From an uncultured virus (IMG/VR IMGVR_UViG_3300025018_003789) (Duplodnaviria > Heunggongvirae > Uroviricota > Caudoviricetes): 64,000 nucleotides of DNA. Under the pieces are notes generated by a model. That model worked only from the letters and a program-made list of their open reading frames with translations, searched no databases and had not been told where the DNA came from. Made by a program: the position numbers and the translations under genes. This document shows, in pieces, positions 19,343 through 28,442 of the stretch; position 1 is the first letter of the stretch, and the number at the start of each line of letters is the position of its first letter. Location: the IMG/VR virus record IMGVR_UViG_3300025018_003789, one strand, 5' to 3'.

Positions 19343-19700
19343 TTGGTTATCATACAAAGAAGCAGAAGAGAAGGAAGAGTCTGTAGGTGGTATGGGTGGT
19401 TTCTTCCAAAAGGGTATGCGCTGGAAGGATTACAAGGAAGCCTATGAGGGAGAATCTTGGGAAAAGGAAGAAAAGTATTTTTTAGCAATTAAAGATGCTG
19501 TCATTAAAGAGGGATTGAAGGTCGGTGGTGACGGTCATCAGAATGAATACACTCCTCTTTTTGAAGATGGAACAGTTGGCAGTTTCTCTTTTAGAGCATG
19601 GGGAGATCTCATGGCTGCAATTTATTCTGAACATGAAGATAAAGATTATTCTTACATGGATTTTTACATGGACTGTTTAATTAAAGATGAAGATAACTAA
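19329..19700 (+). CDS. Hypothetical protein
   Basis: ORF. Confidence 0.6.
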   Translation: MKVIDWLSYKEAEEKEESVGGMGGFFQKGMRWKDYKEAYEGESWEKEEKYFLAIKDAVIKEGLKVGGDGHQNEYTPLFEDGTVGSFSFRAWGDLMAAIYSEHEDKDYSYMDFYMDCLIKDEDN

Positions 19701-20078
19701 AAGAGACGAAATTATACATCTCCTAAACATTTCTATTGTCGGCGATTCAGAGACCAAATTTAAGTGTAAAGACTGTGGTTTGGTTTTGGCTAAAGGTTAT
19801 GATAGAATAGAGATTGGTGGACGTGGACCATACATTCAATTTGATGAATCTCATATCAATTTAGATAATTTTCACTTCCCAAAACAATTTCATATATTTT
19901 TTGATGAATACTTGAGCAATTGTGAACACAAAGTTTTTTGTATCATCAAAGAAAAGAAGTCTCTTATGCCAAATATGAAATTGGAAAGTTTTACATTTCT
20001 CCTGAATTGTTGAGGACTGATAAGGTCTGTATTGACTACAGCAAATCTACTACTAAAAATAAACGCTCTATATTTTAG
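19687..20078 (+). CDS. Hypothetical protein (T-run frameshift near 19935; shifted frame ends KNKRSIF)
   Basis: RIEIGGRGPYIQF; alternative frame continues YHQRKEVSYAKY...GKFYISP. Confidence 0.5.
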
Positions 20079-20155
20079 TTACTTTAGCCTATTTAACTTG
20101 ACTTCCCCGTTTGGTTTCAATAGGATTATTTCATTGAACGAAAGGTGTCTTTTCA

Positions 20156-20452
20156 ATGCTTAACATTTTTGTTTTCTTCTTAATTTTAGTTTCTGCTATT
20201 TCAGTCTCTACATTCCTCTATTTTAAGATCCAGCCTCTTTTGAATAGACTTTTCACTAAGGCGTCTGGGGAAGAAACTGAGTCTGAAAAGATACAAAAAT
20301 TAGAAGAAGAAAATATATCCTTGAAGGAGGACAACAGAAAAAAAGACGAATTAATCAAAGAGATCGAAAAGACCTCAGAATTGTTTGGTTACGAACAAGT
20401 CACTTATAACATTGAAGTTTTCAGAGACAGTTCGAACAAGACAAAAATCTAA
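20156..20452 (+). CDS. Hypothetical membrane-anchored coiled-coil protein
   Basis: N-terminal hydrophobic helix. Confidence 0.6.
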   Translation: MLNIFVFFLILVSAISVSTFLYFKIQPLLNRLFTKASGEETESEKIQKLEEENISLKEDNRKKDELIKEIEKTSELFGYEQVTYNIEVFRDSSNKTKI

Positions 20453-20485
20453 AACCAATCTCATCAAATGAAAGGAGATTCCCAA

Positions 20486-21871
20486 ATGGTGGAATCTAAG
20501 AAACAAATCGTAAAGATAACGACATGGGTATTGATCGCAGTGTCAGTCATTGTCATCGTCCTCTGTGGTCGTTCACTGGTTGACGAAGTAAAAGCGGGTG
20601 AATATCACATCGTACAATATCCAACAGGTACTGTTGTTGCCAAAATGGAACCAGGCTGGTATTTCCAAGCATTTGGAACGGTTAAGAAATGGCCGAAGGC
20701 TGTTACTTTGAATTTCCTGAATAGTCCCGATGTCTCAGTGGACGAAGAAGCGCAGAACGACATTGACATTCCAGCAATTGATGTTCGTTTTGCAGATGGA
20801 ACAAGAGCGCCGATTGAAGGTTCTCTTCGTGTAGAACTTCCTCGCTCACCTGAAATGGCGGTGGATCTAGTTGTTCAGTATGGCTATCGTTCCGTTCACG
20901 AATTGATTGAAAACCTTGTTGCTCGTCGTGTTAGAGTTTCTAATAACTCAGCGGCTACAATGATGACTGCGATTGAATCTTCAAGTTCAAGACGTAATGA
21001 TTACATCCAACTGTCTTGGGATCAGATTCAAAACGGTCTTTATATGACGGAAGTCGCAACTGCAAAAGTTCAGGATGACACTACTGTTTCTGGTGATTCT
21101 TCTAGTCGTGAAATTAGAGTCGCTGTAATCAAATATTACGAAAATAAGCAACCAATGCGTCAGCATGAAACTGGTGGTTTAGATAACTTGGGAATTGTAC
21201 TTTCAAACTTTGAAGTCAAAGACTTTGGTTATCCTACGGCACTTGAAGATAAAATCGCAGAACAACGTGATGCTCTTATGGCAATTTCTGTTGCCCGTGC
21301 TAATGCTGAACGTGCTATGGAAGAAGCAAAAACCAAGGAACAGCAAGGTCTTGCGCTTGTTATGACTGCACGATACGAAGAAGAACAGAAAAAAGTTCGT
21401 GCAACGGTTCAAGCCGATCAGGAAAAAGAAGTTGCTCTGATTGCCGCTAATAAGGAAAAGGAACAGGCTGAAATTCAAGCCGCTAAACTCGTTGCAGTTG
21501 CAGCACTAACGAAAGAAGAATCTGAGATTAGGGCTAATCAACAACTTGAAGTTGCTAAGCTGGAACGTCAAGCAGCAGATGAAAATGCCCTCAAGATGAT
21601 TGCTCTTGGTGAAGCGGAAGCACAGGCTAAAAAGGCTGTATTTACTGCCGATGGTGCCCTTCAGGCTAAGTTGGATGCTTTTGTGGCAGCACAAACGGCA
21701 TGGGCTAACGCTTACTCTCAGCGCAAGGTTCCTAATATGATTCTTGGTGGCTCTTCTGACAATGGAGATTCTGGAGCAATTGACTTCCAAACAGCAATTG
21801 CATTAAGAATGCTGAATGATCTTAATCTAGATCTTGGCGTCACACCCTTGAACGATCCTGCTCCAAAGTAA
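20486..21871 (+). CDS. SPFH (band 7/prohibitin/flotillin) domain membrane protein
   Basis: N-terminal TM, PGWYFQ, long Ala/Glu-rich coiled coil; strong SD AAAGGAG. Confidence 0.8.
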   Translation: MVESKKQIVKITTWVLIAVSVIVIVLCGRSLVDEVKAGEYHIVQYPTGTVVAKMEPGWYFQAFGTVKKWPKAVTLNFLNSPDVSVDEEAQNDIDIPAIDVRFADGTRAPIEGSLRVELPRSPEMAVDLVVQYGYRSVHELIENLVARRVRVSNNSAATMMTAIESSSSRRNDYIQLSWDQIQNGLYMTEVATAKVQDDTTVSGDSSSREIRVAVIKYYENKQPMRQHETGGLDNLGIVLSNFEVKDFGYPTALEDKIAEQRDALMAISVARANAERAMEEAKTKEQQGLALVMTARYEEEQKKVRATVQADQEKEVALIAANKEKEQAEIQAAKLVAVAALTKEESEIRANQQLEVAKLERQAADENALKMIALGEAEAQAKKAVFTADGALQAKLDAFVAAQTAWANAYSQRKVPNMILGGSSDNGDSGAIDFQTAIALRMLNDLNLDLGVTPLNDPAPK

Positions 21872-21894
21872 TAACTTACAAAAAATAAGTGAGC

Positions 21895-21959
<65 letters not shown>

Positions 21960-22018
21960 ATTTGTCGTATCTATAGGAATATTTCCTCCCAATGTAAGGG
22001 AGAAGAGGAGACGTTCCT

Positions 22019-22576
22019 ATGAACAAAGAACAGTTTTTACTTTCGGCAGAAAAGGCTTATCGAGATTATGAAGAGAGCCTTTCGTATCAGGATAAATTTC
22101 AACATGGTTTAAGGCTTTTAGTTGAAACGAATCTATCACAAAGACAAATGTATATGATGAATAAATTTGGCGAGGCTTTAGATAGATCGTTCTTTAATGA
22201 ATTTTGTACAGTCTCTTATTCTTCGGCAAGAAGAATGGGACATACATTTTCTTCCGTTAAAGTTGCATCTGAGTTTTTTGACAATATCATGTATATTGGA
22301 ATGCATTTAGAAATGTTTAATAGTGTAAAGAAATTTATAGATAGTTTCGATAAAATTGTAGAAAGTGATAAATATTCATTCTCAACAGAAAGTGGAAAGA
22401 AATTCACAAATGCTTCACCTAGATCCATGCAGGGAAGAGCCAGAGGTTTGAATGAGATTCAATGTGTTATTTTAGATACGTATTCTATGTTGTCTAATAA
22501 AGAAGAGATTCTTTCCACCGTATCTTCCTATTGTTATGTGTGCCCAGAGAAATTCCTATGTATGAAAATTCAATAG
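22019..22576 (+). CDS. Hypothetical protein
   Basis: ORF with GAGGAG SD, downstream of TGTCGTATCTATA motif. Confidence 0.6.
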   Translation: MNKEQFLLSAEKAYRDYEESLSYQDKFQHGLRLLVETNLSQRQMYMMNKFGEALDRSFFNEFCTVSYSSARRMGHTFSSVKVASEFFDNIMYIGMHLEMFNSVKKFIDSFDKIVESDKYSFSTESGKKFTNASPRSMQGRARGLNEIQCVILDTYSMLSNKEEILSTVSSYCYVCPEKFLCMKIQ

Positions 22577-22580
22577 GCTT

Positions 22581-22621
22581 GGCCAAATTCTATTGACTTA
22601 TCCTTATTCATAATCTATCTT
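22581..22621 (+). promoter_or_regulatory. GGCC-N8-TTGACT promoter for release factor gene
   Basis: TTGACT-N17-TATCTT. Confidence 0.65.
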
Positions 22622-22664
22622 ATTCATACAGATGTAGGAACATCAAACAACAGGAGAAAGTAAC

Positions 22665-23358
22665 ATGAAGAACAAAACCAATCACTGGAGGTCTCTTTGA
22701 GACCATAAACATCCTCATTCAACATGGAGAAGGCGGGAAAGACTCCCAATTATTCTCTGAGGATTTATCCAAAGCATATAAAAGATATGCTGAGAAAAAT
22801 GGTTACGATTGAATAGTTCTTGGTCAATCAGTGAAACAGATCAAGATTCGTGTTTCTAGTAAAGGTGTGTTGAAATCCTTTTCTCAGGAATCTGGAACTC
22901 ACAGAGTCCAAAGAGTGCCCCCAACAGAGAGTAAAGGTAGAGTTCAAACTTCTATTGTGAATGTTTCAGTATTGACAGAAGAAGAAATGAAATCGGCCTG
23001 TATTGACAAAAACTCTGTAAAAGTATCTTATTACAAAGATAGTGGCGCTGGTGGACAGCGTCGGAACAAAACGATGTCAGGTGTCAGACTTCAATACAAG
23101 GGACTTACTGTTGAATGCTGTGGCACAAGAGATCAGAGAAGAAACAAAGAAATAGCGTTCGAAAGACTCCAAGTGAGATTGGACGAAAAGCAAAAAAAGA
23201 AACAAGAAGATGAAAAGCGCCAATCACTTCAGGAGCAAAATCCCAACTATGGTAAAAGAGGCAATTTTACAAGGAACTATAACTTTATGAGAGATGAAGT
23301 TTTGCATGACGGAAAGAGATTCAAACTTTCCAAAATCATGAGAGGAGATTTAGGGTAA
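22665..23358 (+). CDS. Class I peptide chain release factor-like protein lacking domain 1; expression needs a +1 frameshift (22695-22700) and readthrough of UGA (22810-22812)
   Basis: SD AGGAG + ATG 22665; GGAGG-TCT-CTT-TGA shift site; +1 frame reads ILIQHGEGGKDSQLFSEDL..AYKRYAE; ESGTHRVQRVPPTE..GRVQTS; SGAGGQ. Confidence 0.8.
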
Positions 23359-23603
23359 TCTATAGTTGACTGAAAATCTACAAAAATATAAAAATAAATA
23401 CTAAATTCGATAACCAAGAATAAAATATTTGTTTAAAATTTTTTAGTAAAAGTCAGAAAAATACCGTAAGTTCTACGGAAATTAAAGTCTGTGGAGAGAA
23501 TGTAAGTCAAATAATATCAATTTATTAATATTATTTGCTATCTTGATGAAGCAGAAAGTGAACAGAGAATCTTTTGTAGATTTTTGTAAGTTTCACAGAA
23601 CGG
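23356..23603 (+). mobile_element. Non-autonomous IS607/IS200-IS605-like mini-element (tnpB 3' remnant)
   Basis: 13-bp subterminal inverted repeats, tnpB-end-like ACCGTAAGTTCTACGGAAATTAAAGTCTGTGGAGA and GATGAAGCAGAA, GG junctions; excision restores the RF reading frame. Confidence 0.65.
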
Positions 23604-23708
23604 TTGATTTATGAGTAATTCATTCATTTCCCTAAATTACATTTTACAAGTAGGGAGGTTCCTGTAATCTAAGGTTCCTCCTTATACAATATATTGGAGG
23701 AAAGTCAG

Positions 23709-23921
23709 ATGACAAACCTAAAAAGATTAAGAAATATAATTAGTGCAATCGCAAAAAAAGAAGCTGATTTTGAAATAGACACAGATGAAAGAGGGGAAGT
23801 CGTAATCTATACTGGACTTGTAGAAAACAAAGGTAAGTATAGAGAGGCCAAGATGGAAGAACGTCATGACTTTGAAATATTGCAAGAAGCAATAGAAGAA
23901 GAAGCCAACCTACTGAAGTAA
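23709..23921 (+). CDS. Hypothetical protein
   Basis: GGAGG SD. Confidence 0.6.
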   Translation: MTNLKRLRNIISAIAKKEADFEIDTDERGEVVIYTGLVENKGKYREAKMEERHDFEILQEAIEEEANLLK

Positions 23922-23933
23922 AGGAATGTTACC

Positions 23934-24437
23934 ATGTCCGCTCAAGTATTACCCGCCAAATGCCATGTTTTGTTAGAACGCAGAAAAGTGAGAAAGAAGA
24001 CAAAACCGCATAAGGATTTGCCTAATAACTGGAAGACATATGTTGATCTTAAGGTAACGGATAGGGAGAGTTATCTTGAAATTGATATTTATTTCACCAA
24101 GAAGTTCAAAGGGTGTGGTAAAAGAATAGGACATTTATCTATAGACAAAACAGAACCTGAACATTTTGTTTCTTCGATTCAGATAGGTGATAAATATAGA
24201 GGTTTTGGTTTGGGAAAAATGCTTTACTTAGAGGCACTGGATGTAATGAAGAACATCACGACAAGCAGTGAATCCAGCGCATTTGCAAGAAGAGCATGGT
24301 CAAGCATAATGAAGGAAAGACCATTCATTATGGACTGGGTTACTGGAGATGTTACATTTTTCAAGAACCGTTATTGGATGAGAAAATATCTGGCCAATAA
24401 CCTTGACAAGAACAAGAGAAAAGTGCATTTTGAATAA
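23934..24437 (+). CDS. GNAT family N-acetyltransferase
   Basis: YRGFGLGKMLY acetyl-CoA motif, S..ARRAW. Confidence 0.7.
   Translation: MSAQVLPAKCHVLLERRKVRKKTKPHKDLPNNWKTYVDLKVTDRESYLEIDIYFTKKFKGCGKRIGHLSIDKTEPEHFVSSIQIGDKYRGFGLGKMLYLEALDVMKNITTSSESSAFARRAWSSIMKERPFIMDWVTGDVTFFKNRYWMRKYLANNLDKNKRKVHFE
24392..24408 (+). promoter_or_regulatory. GGCC-N7-TTGACA promoter upstream of tRNA-His
   Basis: Recurrent motif. Confidence 0.6.
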
Positions 24438-24460
24438 GAGAGCGGAAGTTCTCTTCTTAT

Positions 24461-24534
24461 GGTAGGCGTAGCTCAATTGGTAGAGCGCCAGCTTGTGACG
24501 CTGGTGGTTGCGAGTTCAAGCCTCGTCGTTTACC
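24461..24534 (+). tRNA. tRNA-His(GTG), G-1 encoded, CCA not encoded
   Basis: G-1:C73, CCAGC-TTGTGAC-GCTGG, TTCAAGC T-loop. Confidence 0.9.
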
Positions 24535-24690
24535 CGTCTGAATAATCAGTTCGCCTCTTCGTGGCTTCAGACAGAAACAGGTAATGCTGGCTAAGAATCT
24601 GAAAAACAAAATTTAAGGAAATTTCAATGAAAAGAATTCTAGTCCAAACAAACAAACAATGGTTTTGCTTTTATTGAGGGCAAAACTAAA

Positions 24691-25839
24691 TTGGATGTTT
24701 TTGTTGTCGCTGATGAGTTCTTGAGTCTTTCTGGAGACGTTAAGTATCTAAAGATACCAAAAGGAATTCCTGTCTATATTGACACCGAAGGCGATATGAA
24801 TGAAGAACTTCTGGATTTGGTTTATGATGAACATGATGAAAGTGAAAGTTTAGTGTATTCTAAGAATTGGAAGACAATACCGTCTTCTTATTTTGAAGAA
24901 TATATGATTCTTTGTCTGATTGGTTTGTTTCACGACATCTATTACAATCCAAGATCAAGTATGAATGAATCAATATCTTCTATGATATTTGATCGTTTTT
25001 GTGACGATGGTCAACCATACCAATTTTTATCTGACACAATTAAAAAGGGTGTTAGAGATGGAATCCTCTATACAGATTGGTTTCGTAATTCTTCAATAGA
25101 GATAGACGAACGTCTTAAGAGAATCATTTTCAAGGCTGACTTCAACAACATATTGTCAGGCAATCCTCATGTTTGGTTTTCTATGGAGGATAAGATTCAG
25201 AAAGAATATCAGTTTGTTCCTTGGTGGCAATATAAGGCCAAAAGGGTAGGGATTTTATCTGATCTTGGACAAAGATATCCAGAAATAAAAGATCAGTTAA
25301 GTGCAATATCATCTTATATTGAAAACAAGAAGCCAAAAGTTTGTATCTATGCAGGTACTTTCAACCCCTTCCATATCGGACATCTTTCAATTGTTCGTGC
25401 ATCAGAGAAGATCTTTGATAAAGTTATAATTTCTTGTGGAGTCAATACATCTAAGCAAGGTGCCAAACAGTCTTTACAGGAAAGATTTGAAGACTTGCAA
25501 GATTTATTGATGTTTCATCAAGTAGAATCTTTTGGTGGATTTTTAAGTGACTTTGTGAATCTACAGACAAAGATGCATGATTGTGAAGTCTCTACTGTAA
25601 GAGGGATTAGGACTGGCGAAGATTTGTTGGGTGATGAAAATGTTATGCGAATTCTTTCCGACATATCCGATGGCCAAAGAATAAATACCATATATATAAA
25701 AAGATCACCGGAACTTGAACATATATCTTCAAGCGCAATTCGAAATGTTGAAGAGGTTGAGATCGGTCGTGCTAAAAAAATGAGATATATACCAACAACA
25801 GAATCTATCTATGGATTCTTTAAAGAAGAATATAAATAA
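24691..25839 (+). CDS. coaD: HD-phosphohydrolase-like domain fused to phosphopantetheine adenylyltransferase (CoaD-like)
   Basis: FHDIYYNP..NE..S in N-terminal half; YAGTFNPFHIGH, VRGIR, HISSSAIR in C-terminal half. Confidence 0.75.
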   Translation: MDVFVVADEFLSLSGDVKYLKIPKGIPVYIDTEGDMNEELLDLVYDEHDESESLVYSKNWKTIPSSYFEEYMILCLIGLFHDIYYNPRSSMNESISSMIFDRFCDDGQPYQFLSDTIKKGVRDGILYTDWFRNSSIEIDERLKRIIFKADFNNILSGNPHVWFSMEDKIQKEYQFVPWWQYKAKRVGILSDLGQRYPEIKDQLSAISSYIENKKPKVCIYAGTFNPFHIGHLSIVRASEKIFDKVIISCGVNTSKQGAKQSLQERFEDLQDLLMFHQVESFGGFLSDFVNLQTKMHDCEVSTVRGIRTGEDLLGDENVMRILSDISDGQRINTIYIKRSPELEHISSSAIRNVEEVEIGRAKKMRYIPTTESIYGFFKEEYK

Positions 25840-25856
25840 TATATTGGAGAATATAT

Positions 25857-26789
25857 ATGAATGTGTTTGAACACGTAAAGCAAGGTTATACATTTAATGA
25901 TTTTTACCTAAAGCCTTCCAAGTCAAAAGCAAAATCAAGAAGAGATTTAAGTATTGAGAGTTGCTTGACTCCTGGTTTGCTTTTTGACTTTCCAGTAATA
26001 CCTGCGAACATGGCATCTATTTCAGGTAGTCGGATGGCGGTTGCTTTACTGCAAGCTGAAGGAACTTGTTGTCTTCATAGGTTCTTAACCCCAGAGAAAC
26101 TTATAGAAGAACTGAAGTTCATAAGCGCTTTCCAGTCAAACGAGGGTATGTGGGGAAGTAGAGACTTTGCAAACAAGTCTATGACTGTTGGAATTAGTTT
26201 GGGTACGAATCCTGAATCAAATAGTGAATTTTTATCTATACTGAATAAGTATTCAGGTCTTTGGAATTCTATTGGTTATATCATTATAGATGTAGCTCAT
26301 GGACATCACTCTAATGTAATTTCAACAATTGAAACTTTAGTTTCTTACTTCAAGAACAATCAGTTTGATAGTTCGGTCTTCCCTCCTAAGATTATTGCAG
26401 GTAATATTTGCACTGCTTATGCTGCAAAAGAACTTTCTCTATATCCTATTGATGGATTGAAGGTTGGTATTGGTCCAGGCTGTTTTGTCTCTGGCACAAA
26501 AGTTATATTGAAAAACAGTATAAAAGAAATACAGAATATAAAAGTTGGTGATGAAGTTCTTACTCATAAGGGCAGATACAGAAATGTAATAGCAACAACT
26601 CAAAGGAAAGAGTTTAAAAAAGTCCATTCTATAAATGGTATAAAATGCACTGAAAACCATGAGTTTTATGTTTTGGAAAAGAAATATAAAGACATTGTAA
26701 ATGATGGCAATATAAACGAATATGCTGAATGGATCTCAGCTAAAAGTTTGGATAAAGATAAATATTTTTTACTAAAAATAAAGGAGTAA
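25857..26789 (+). CDS. IMP dehydrogenase/GMP reductase N-extein plus split intein N-part (intein starts at 26481, CFVSGT)
   Basis: ANM, LHRF, IDVAHGH, IAGN, KVGIGPG followed by intein block A and TENHEF block B. Confidence 0.88.
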   Translation: MNVFEHVKQGYTFNDFYLKPSKSKAKSRRDLSIESCLTPGLLFDFPVIPANMASISGSRMAVALLQAEGTCCLHRFLTPEKLIEELKFISAFQSNEGMWGSRDFANKSMTVGISLGTNPESNSEFLSILNKYSGLWNSIGYIIIDVAHGHHSNVISTIETLVSYFKNNQFDSSVFPPKIIAGNICTAYAAKELSLYPIDGLKVGIGPGCFVSGTKVILKNSIKEIQNIKVGDEVLTHKGRYRNVIATTQRKEFKKVHSINGIKCTENHEFYVLEKKYKDIVNDGNINEYAEWISAKSLDKDKYFLLKIKE

Positions 26790-26864
26790 AGTTTTAAATT
26801 TAAGAACAATAAACTAAAGGTTGGTATTGGAATAGATGCCTTAATTTAGTTTGGAGTTCTTAAT

Positions 26865-27812
26865 ATGATTACAAAATTTTATTTAATCCATAAAGATGCA
26901 AATATAATTTTTAGAAAAAAAGAAAAAAAATATAATTATTTTGTTTCTGATAAAAACATAAAATTTACAGCAAAAGAAGTTTACGGAAAAGAAGTTTTGA
27001 TAAAATGTGCAGAGTGTGGTAAAGAAAAAAAAATAAAAATGTATGGTGGAAAACATTCACCATTAAAAAGAAAATTTTTATGTGATTCCTGCCGATTATC
27101 TGGGGAAAGAAATCCTTTTTTTGGAAAAAAGCATAGTGAAGAATTTAAAGGAAAATTATCTAATGAAAGAAAAGGAATTTGGTTTTTGGGGAAGGAGAAT
27201 CCAATGTATGGGATAAATGTATGGAAGTATGTTGATGAAAATAAAGAAAAGGATATGAGAAAAAATCAATCGAAAGCATCTTCTGGTTATAAAAATGGAT
27301 TTTATGGTAAAACACATTCACAAAAAACAAGAGAACATCTTTCTAAAATACATAAGATTAGATATTTAAACGATCCCTCTTTGAAAGAAAAGAGTAGAAT
27401 ACAGGCAATAAAAAACTTAGAAAACAATATTTTTTATAAAAAAACTTCAATAGAAAAAAAAATAGAAAATATAATAAAAGAGTATCAAAAAAAATATAAT
27501 TTTGATTATAAGTATAATAAAATTTTACATAGAAAATATCAATATGATTTTATTTTGGGAGAAGATATTCTCTTAGAAATTCATGGAGATTATTGGCACG
27601 CAAATCCTATTTTTTATGGTCAAAATAAAAAAGAATTAACAAGTAGACAAAAATATAAAGTTGAAAAAGATAAAGAAAAAAAAGATTATGCTCATAAATA
27701 TGGTTATAAAATATATTATTTTTGGGAAAATAATATAAACCACAACATTGAAGATATTAAAGAAAAGATAGAAGGGATAATAAAAAATGCTTTCAAAATA
27801 CGAATTGATTGA
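26865..27812 (+). CDS. Free-standing homing endonuclease (NUMOD3 repeats + Vsr/DUF559-like nuclease)
   Basis: NPFFGKKHS, NPMYG, FYGKTHS repeats; YDF...LEIHGDYWH...WE. Confidence 0.82.
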   Translation: MITKFYLIHKDANIIFRKKEKKYNYFVSDKNIKFTAKEVYGKEVLIKCAECGKEKKIKMYGGKHSPLKRKFLCDSCRLSGERNPFFGKKHSEEFKGKLSNERKGIWFLGKENPMYGINVWKYVDENKEKDMRKNQSKASSGYKNGFYGKTHSQKTREHLSKIHKIRYLNDPSLKEKSRIQAIKNLENNIFYKKTSIEKKIENIIKEYQKKYNFDYKYNKILHRKYQYDFILGEDILLEIHGDYWHANPIFYGQNKKELTSRQKYKVEKDKEKKDYAHKYGYKIYYFWENNINHNIEDIKEKIEGIIKNAFKIRID

Positions 27813-28440
27813 AATTAAAGAAAATAAAATACATGAGTATGAAGGTGTAGTATATGATTTTGAAGTGGAAGACGATCATAGCTATAATATAGAAGGAATA
27901 GCAGTTCATAATTCTATGTGTAAAACAAGAACCGCCACAGGAATTGGTTGTCCTCAATTGACGGCAATACAAGATGTACATAATGCTCTTGTTGAAGTTG
28001 GTAAGAGAGAAGAAATAAACATTATCGCAGATGGTGGTTTTAAAGAAGATGGTGATTTTGTGAAGGCATTGGCTGCTGGAGCTGACTTTTGCATGTCTGG
28101 TTCTGTCTTTGCAGGGACTCATGAAACGCCTGGAAATATCATATCTGTTGCTGATGGAAGTATGGTAAAAATTTATGAAGGTATGGCGAGTGTAAATGCG
28201 CAGGTCAATCAGTTTGGTAAAGAAGCCGAGGATGTTATTTCTGAAGGTGTAACAACCTTTGTTCCGTATAAGGGTCGTGTCTCAAGAATTTTGAAAAGAG
28301 TTCAGGGACACATTCAAAGTGGAATGTCTTATTGTGGTGTTGATTCAATAAAAGAATTACAAGAATATGGATCGAATCCTGACAATTGGATTAAGGTTAC
28401 AACTCATGGATATGTTGAAGGAACTCCTCACGGATCTTAG
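27787..28440 (+). CDS. Split intein C-part (27787-27912, ends VHN) plus IMPDH/GMPR C-extein
   Basis: VYDFEVEDDHSY..GIAVHN|SMCKTR; IIADGG, KALAAGA, YEGMAS, SEG, SGMSY. Confidence 0.88.
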   Translation: MLSKYELIEIKENKIHEYEGVVYDFEVEDDHSYNIEGIAVHNSMCKTRTATGIGCPQLTAIQDVHNALVEVGKREEINIIADGGFKEDGDFVKALAAGADFCMSGSVFAGTHETPGNIISVADGSMVKIYEGMASVNAQVNQFGKEAEDVISEGVTTFVPYKGRVSRILKRVQGHIQSGMSYCGVDSIKELQEYGSNPDNWIKVTTHGYVEGTPHGS

Positions 28441-28442
28441 TT

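Noticed and set aside
22810..22860. Selenocysteine insertion at the in-frame UGA codons
   Set aside because: No evident SECIS hairpin downstream, and the release factor position is not a Cys site.
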